The notes under the pieces: model-generated
What the model was told of the DNA's origin: nothing
Databases searched by the model: none
Seen by the model: the letters and a program-made list of their open reading frames with translations, nothing else
Program-made: the position numbers and the translations under genes
Source of the DNA: Planctomycetota bacterium
Lineage (GTDB): Bacteria > Planctomycetota > Planctomycetia > Pirellulales > Lacipirellulaceae
Assembly: GCA_039190745.1 (NCBI GenBank)
Contig: JBCCXZ010000050.1
Coordinates: 1 to 30,505, forward strand
DNA: 30,505 nt
Direction: 5' to 3'
Shown here: one piece after another, positions 28,188-30,505 of the stretch
Layout: every line of letters starts with the position of its first letter
How positions within the stretch are numbered: position 1 is the stretch's first letter

Positions 28188-29114
28188 CTACACCGTGCGC
28201 ACCGGACCGTCCCACTCCAAGGCCGACCGGTCCCATCCCGCCTCTTCCGCCGCGGCCTCGTAGGTGCTCTCGAAGAACGCGAGCAGGTCTTCGTCCGGCG
28301 TGTTCGAAGTGCGAACCGCTTCATAAGGCAGAACAAACTCGCCCAACTCATCGCTGTACACCGCCGCCGCCGGCTGCGCCGGCCGCTTCGAGAAACCCTC
28401 CGGCGTCGGGTAGGCGTAGCTGTAAAAGATCGCCTCCTGCTCGCCGCCGCCGGGCCAGAAGCCGCAGCTCGACACCTCGTGCGAGTACGCCTCGCGCGTG
28501 ATCCAGTCCGGCATGTTCGGGAAACCTCCCGGGTGCTCCGGCCCGGGCCGGCCCGAGAACCGCGTCACCGCCAAATCGAAACTCCCCCAGAAGAAGTGCA
28601 CCGGGCTGCACTTGCCGCGGAAGCCCGCGCGGAACCGCTGCATCACCCGCTCGGCGTGCACCACGGCCTGCCGGAACCGGTCGACCGCCCCCGCGTCGTA
28701 CGACGCGTGCTCGGTGTCCTCTGCGAACGGCGTCGCCGGGTCGACCTCGTTTGGGCTGCCGTGGATCTCCACCGGCACGCCCAACTCGTCAAGCGTCTGC
28801 ATCAACCGCTTGTAGAAACCCGCCGTGGGCATCGGCTCCAGCGCAATCGCCGCCTTGCCGCCGTCGCTCACGGAAACCAGCAGCCGGTGGTCGACAAAGT
28901 CGAAATCGATCTGCAGCGACCGCTCCCCGTGCGGCATCGACAGCGTCGTGAGCCCCCGCGGCGTGACGTACATCGTCGACCCCCACGAGTGGTTCAGCCA
29001 CGGCACGAGCCGGGTGCGCACCTTCCCCACGATCTGCGTCCACAGGTGGACCGTCGCGCAGGTGTCCTTCCAGCGGCCGATCAACAATTCCGGCCAAACC
29101 GCAGACGTGCTCAT
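28188..29114 (-). CDS. DUF5996 (Ava_C0101-like) family protein
   Basis: HLWTQIVGKVR, NHSW, SPVHFFWGSFDLAVTRFSG, EAYSHEVSSCGFWPG, FYSYAYP; GGAGGAG upstream of ATG 29114. Confidence 0.88.
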   Translation of the reverse strand: MSTSAVWPELLIGRWKDTCATVHLWTQIVGKVRTRLVPWLNHSWGSTMYVTPRGLTTLSMPHGERSLQIDFDFVDHRLLVSVSDGGKAAIALEPMPTAGFYKRLMQTLDELGVPVEIHGSPNEVDPATPFAEDTEHASYDAGAVDRFRQAVVHAERVMQRFRAGFRGKCSPVHFFWGSFDLAVTRFSGRPGPEHPGGFPNMPDWITREAYSHEVSSCGFWPGGGEQEAIFYSYAYPTPEGFSKRPAQPAAAVYSDELGEFVLPYEAVRTSNTPDEDLLAFFESTYEAAAEEAGWDRSALEWDGPVRTV

Positions 29115-29221
29115 CGCCGCTCCTCCCAGAAACGATTCACCAAGAATGCCGCCTGATATCGGCGGGCTTACGATCCTAGCAAGTCTCGGAGAACCTGTAG
29201 TGGAGTGCGGGCTGCACGGCC

Positions 29222-30505
29222 TCACGACCACCGGCCGAACACCGCGTCGATCAGGTCTTCCTCCTCGTCTTGCGTGCTGTAGCCCAGCGCGTTCGCAAGA
29301 CCACTAGCCGAGCCAGCCGACACCCCCGTCACCGGCAAAGCCCCCTCGCCGAAGGTCGCGTCCCAAACCCCCAGGTCGTCGCTGTCGACGTCCCCGTCGT
29401 TGTCCGCGTCACCATCGGAGCGGGTGGCGCCGCTAGAGATGCCAAACCCTCGCTGCAAGGCCAGCAAGTCGAACACATCAACGTCCTGATCCTCGTCGAA
29501 GTCGCCGTTCTCTAACAGATCAGAAACCGTCACGCTGATGGTCTGCGGGGTCACCCCGTCGGTGCCGCCGTCCGCCAACACCGTGACTTCGTAAACGTTG
29601 TCGCTGTCAGAATCGGTCGGGGCCTCGAAGTCGGGCGGGGCCAAGAACTGCAGTTGGTTGCCTCCGACGATCTGGAACGAGCCCGTGTCGGCGGCCTGCA
29701 CGAATCCCGGCGCCAACGGGGCCGGGGTAAACACGGTCCCCCCGCCGGCCGTGTTGCCGAGTGTGCCTCGCCAGAGAACTTCTCCGTCGACGCGGACAAC
29801 CTCAGGGAAGCCCGCGTTGTCCACCCGCAGGCGAGCAAACGAACCGGCATCCGAACCGGAATTCGTCTGGTAGACAATCGAGTCGCCAGCGGTCGTGATC
29901 GTCAGGTTGCCGTCAGGCTGGATGGTGGTCCGGATGGCTCCGCTGCCGTTGGTCGCCGAAGCCCACGTCGGCAAGCCGCTGATGTAGACAACCAGGTTGC
30001 CGTCGCCTTGCATGACAAGAACGGCAGAGCCGTCAGGTGAAATAATGGTCTGTGCGATATTCAGAGACCCGCCGGGGCCGAGCTCGCCCACCGGGGCCTG
30101 GCCAAAGATCCGGAAGTCGACACTCTGGTTCGGGATGTTCACAACGCTGAGCGTCTGAACCGCCGTTGTGTTCTCGGCAACGCTCACCGCCGCCGGCGAG
30201 GAGAACACCGGCAGCGTACTCGACTGGTCTTCCACGGCCCCGATGTCGATGGCCGTGCCGCGGACGCGGTCGAACCCGATCCCTCGCTGATCAAAGGCTG
30301 GAGTAACGCCTTGTCCGGGGATTGCAGCCGGGTTGCCGGCGTCGACAACAGGACTCCCTCCAGCCGGCAGGTGAGTCAGTGTGGCCCCCCCGTTGTTGGC
30401 GAGGGGTCCGAGGTTGGGGTTCTGCCCGGTGATGGTCCCGCCGAGGTCGTTGATCGTCGCCCCGACCGGGTCCTGGATCAGGCTGTAGCTGCTGGTAACG
30501 CCCCC
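29222..30505 (-). CDS. large surface protein, C-terminal part (choice-of-anchor Q, cadherin-like with inserted bulb-type lectin, dockerin/EF-hand-like); partial
   Basis: Frame is open to the window edge: NPNLGPLANNGGATLTHLP..SPVVDAG..DQRG..DIGAVE; PVFSS..VAEN; MQGDGNLVVY; PDFEAPTDSDSDNVYEV; GDFDEDQDVDVFDL..GDADNDGDVDSDDLGVW. Confidence 0.88.
   Translation of the reverse strand, partial: GGVTSSYSLIQDPVGATINDLGGTITGQNPNLGPLANNGGATLTHLPAGGSPVVDAGNPAAIPGQGVTPAFDQRGIGFDRVRGTAIDIGAVEDQSSTLPVFSSPAAVSVAENTTAVQTLSVVNIPNQSVDFRIFGQAPVGELGPGGSLNIAQTIISPDGSAVLVMQGDGNLVVYISGLPTWASATNGSGAIRTTIQPDGNLTITTAGDSIVYQTNSGSDAGSFARLRVDNAGFPEVVRVDGEVLWRGTLGNTAGGGTVFTPAPLAPGFVQAADTGSFQIVGGNQLQFLAPPDFEAPTDSDSDNVYEVTVLADGGTDGVTPQTISVTVSDLLENGDFDEDQDVDVFDLLALQRGFGISSGATRSDGDADNDGDVDSDDLGVWDATFGEGALPVTGVSAGSASGLANALGYSTQDEEEDLIDAVFGRWS

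Overview
High-GC bacterial chromosomal window, very probably from a planctomycete (Pirellulales-like; inferred from the ECF sigma type, the atypical dnaA next to dnaN and the dockerin/choice-of-anchor-Q surface protein). The left half is core genome: a truncated ECF sigma factor behind two paralogous small membrane proteins; argH-HEAT-like protein-sigma54 activator-ccsA-hemA; scpB with an overlapping hyper-acidic ORF; a cysteine desulfurase; and dnaA-(candidate oriC)-dnaN-dciA-gyrB. The right half is an accessory/stress region: a vapBC pair with an amber-interrupted toxin, arsM, DUF1439, an aldo-keto reductase, an SMR pump, a serine hydrolase, an RDD protein, an ArsR/YgaP-like pair, a COG0523 GTPase, a methyltransferase, DUF5996 and the C-terminus of a large surface protein. 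Best leads: (1) a DnaA with degenerate ATPase motifs beside an origin-like region carrying CAACAC repeats and no perfect DnaA box; (2) tandem 'LKRD-IDRG-EE' membrane proteins upstream of an ECF sigma; (3) a 110-residue D/E/Y tract with a Cys cluster overlapping scpB; (4) a bulb-type lectin inserted inside a cadherin-like domain. All family calls come from motifs recognised by eye; no searches were run.
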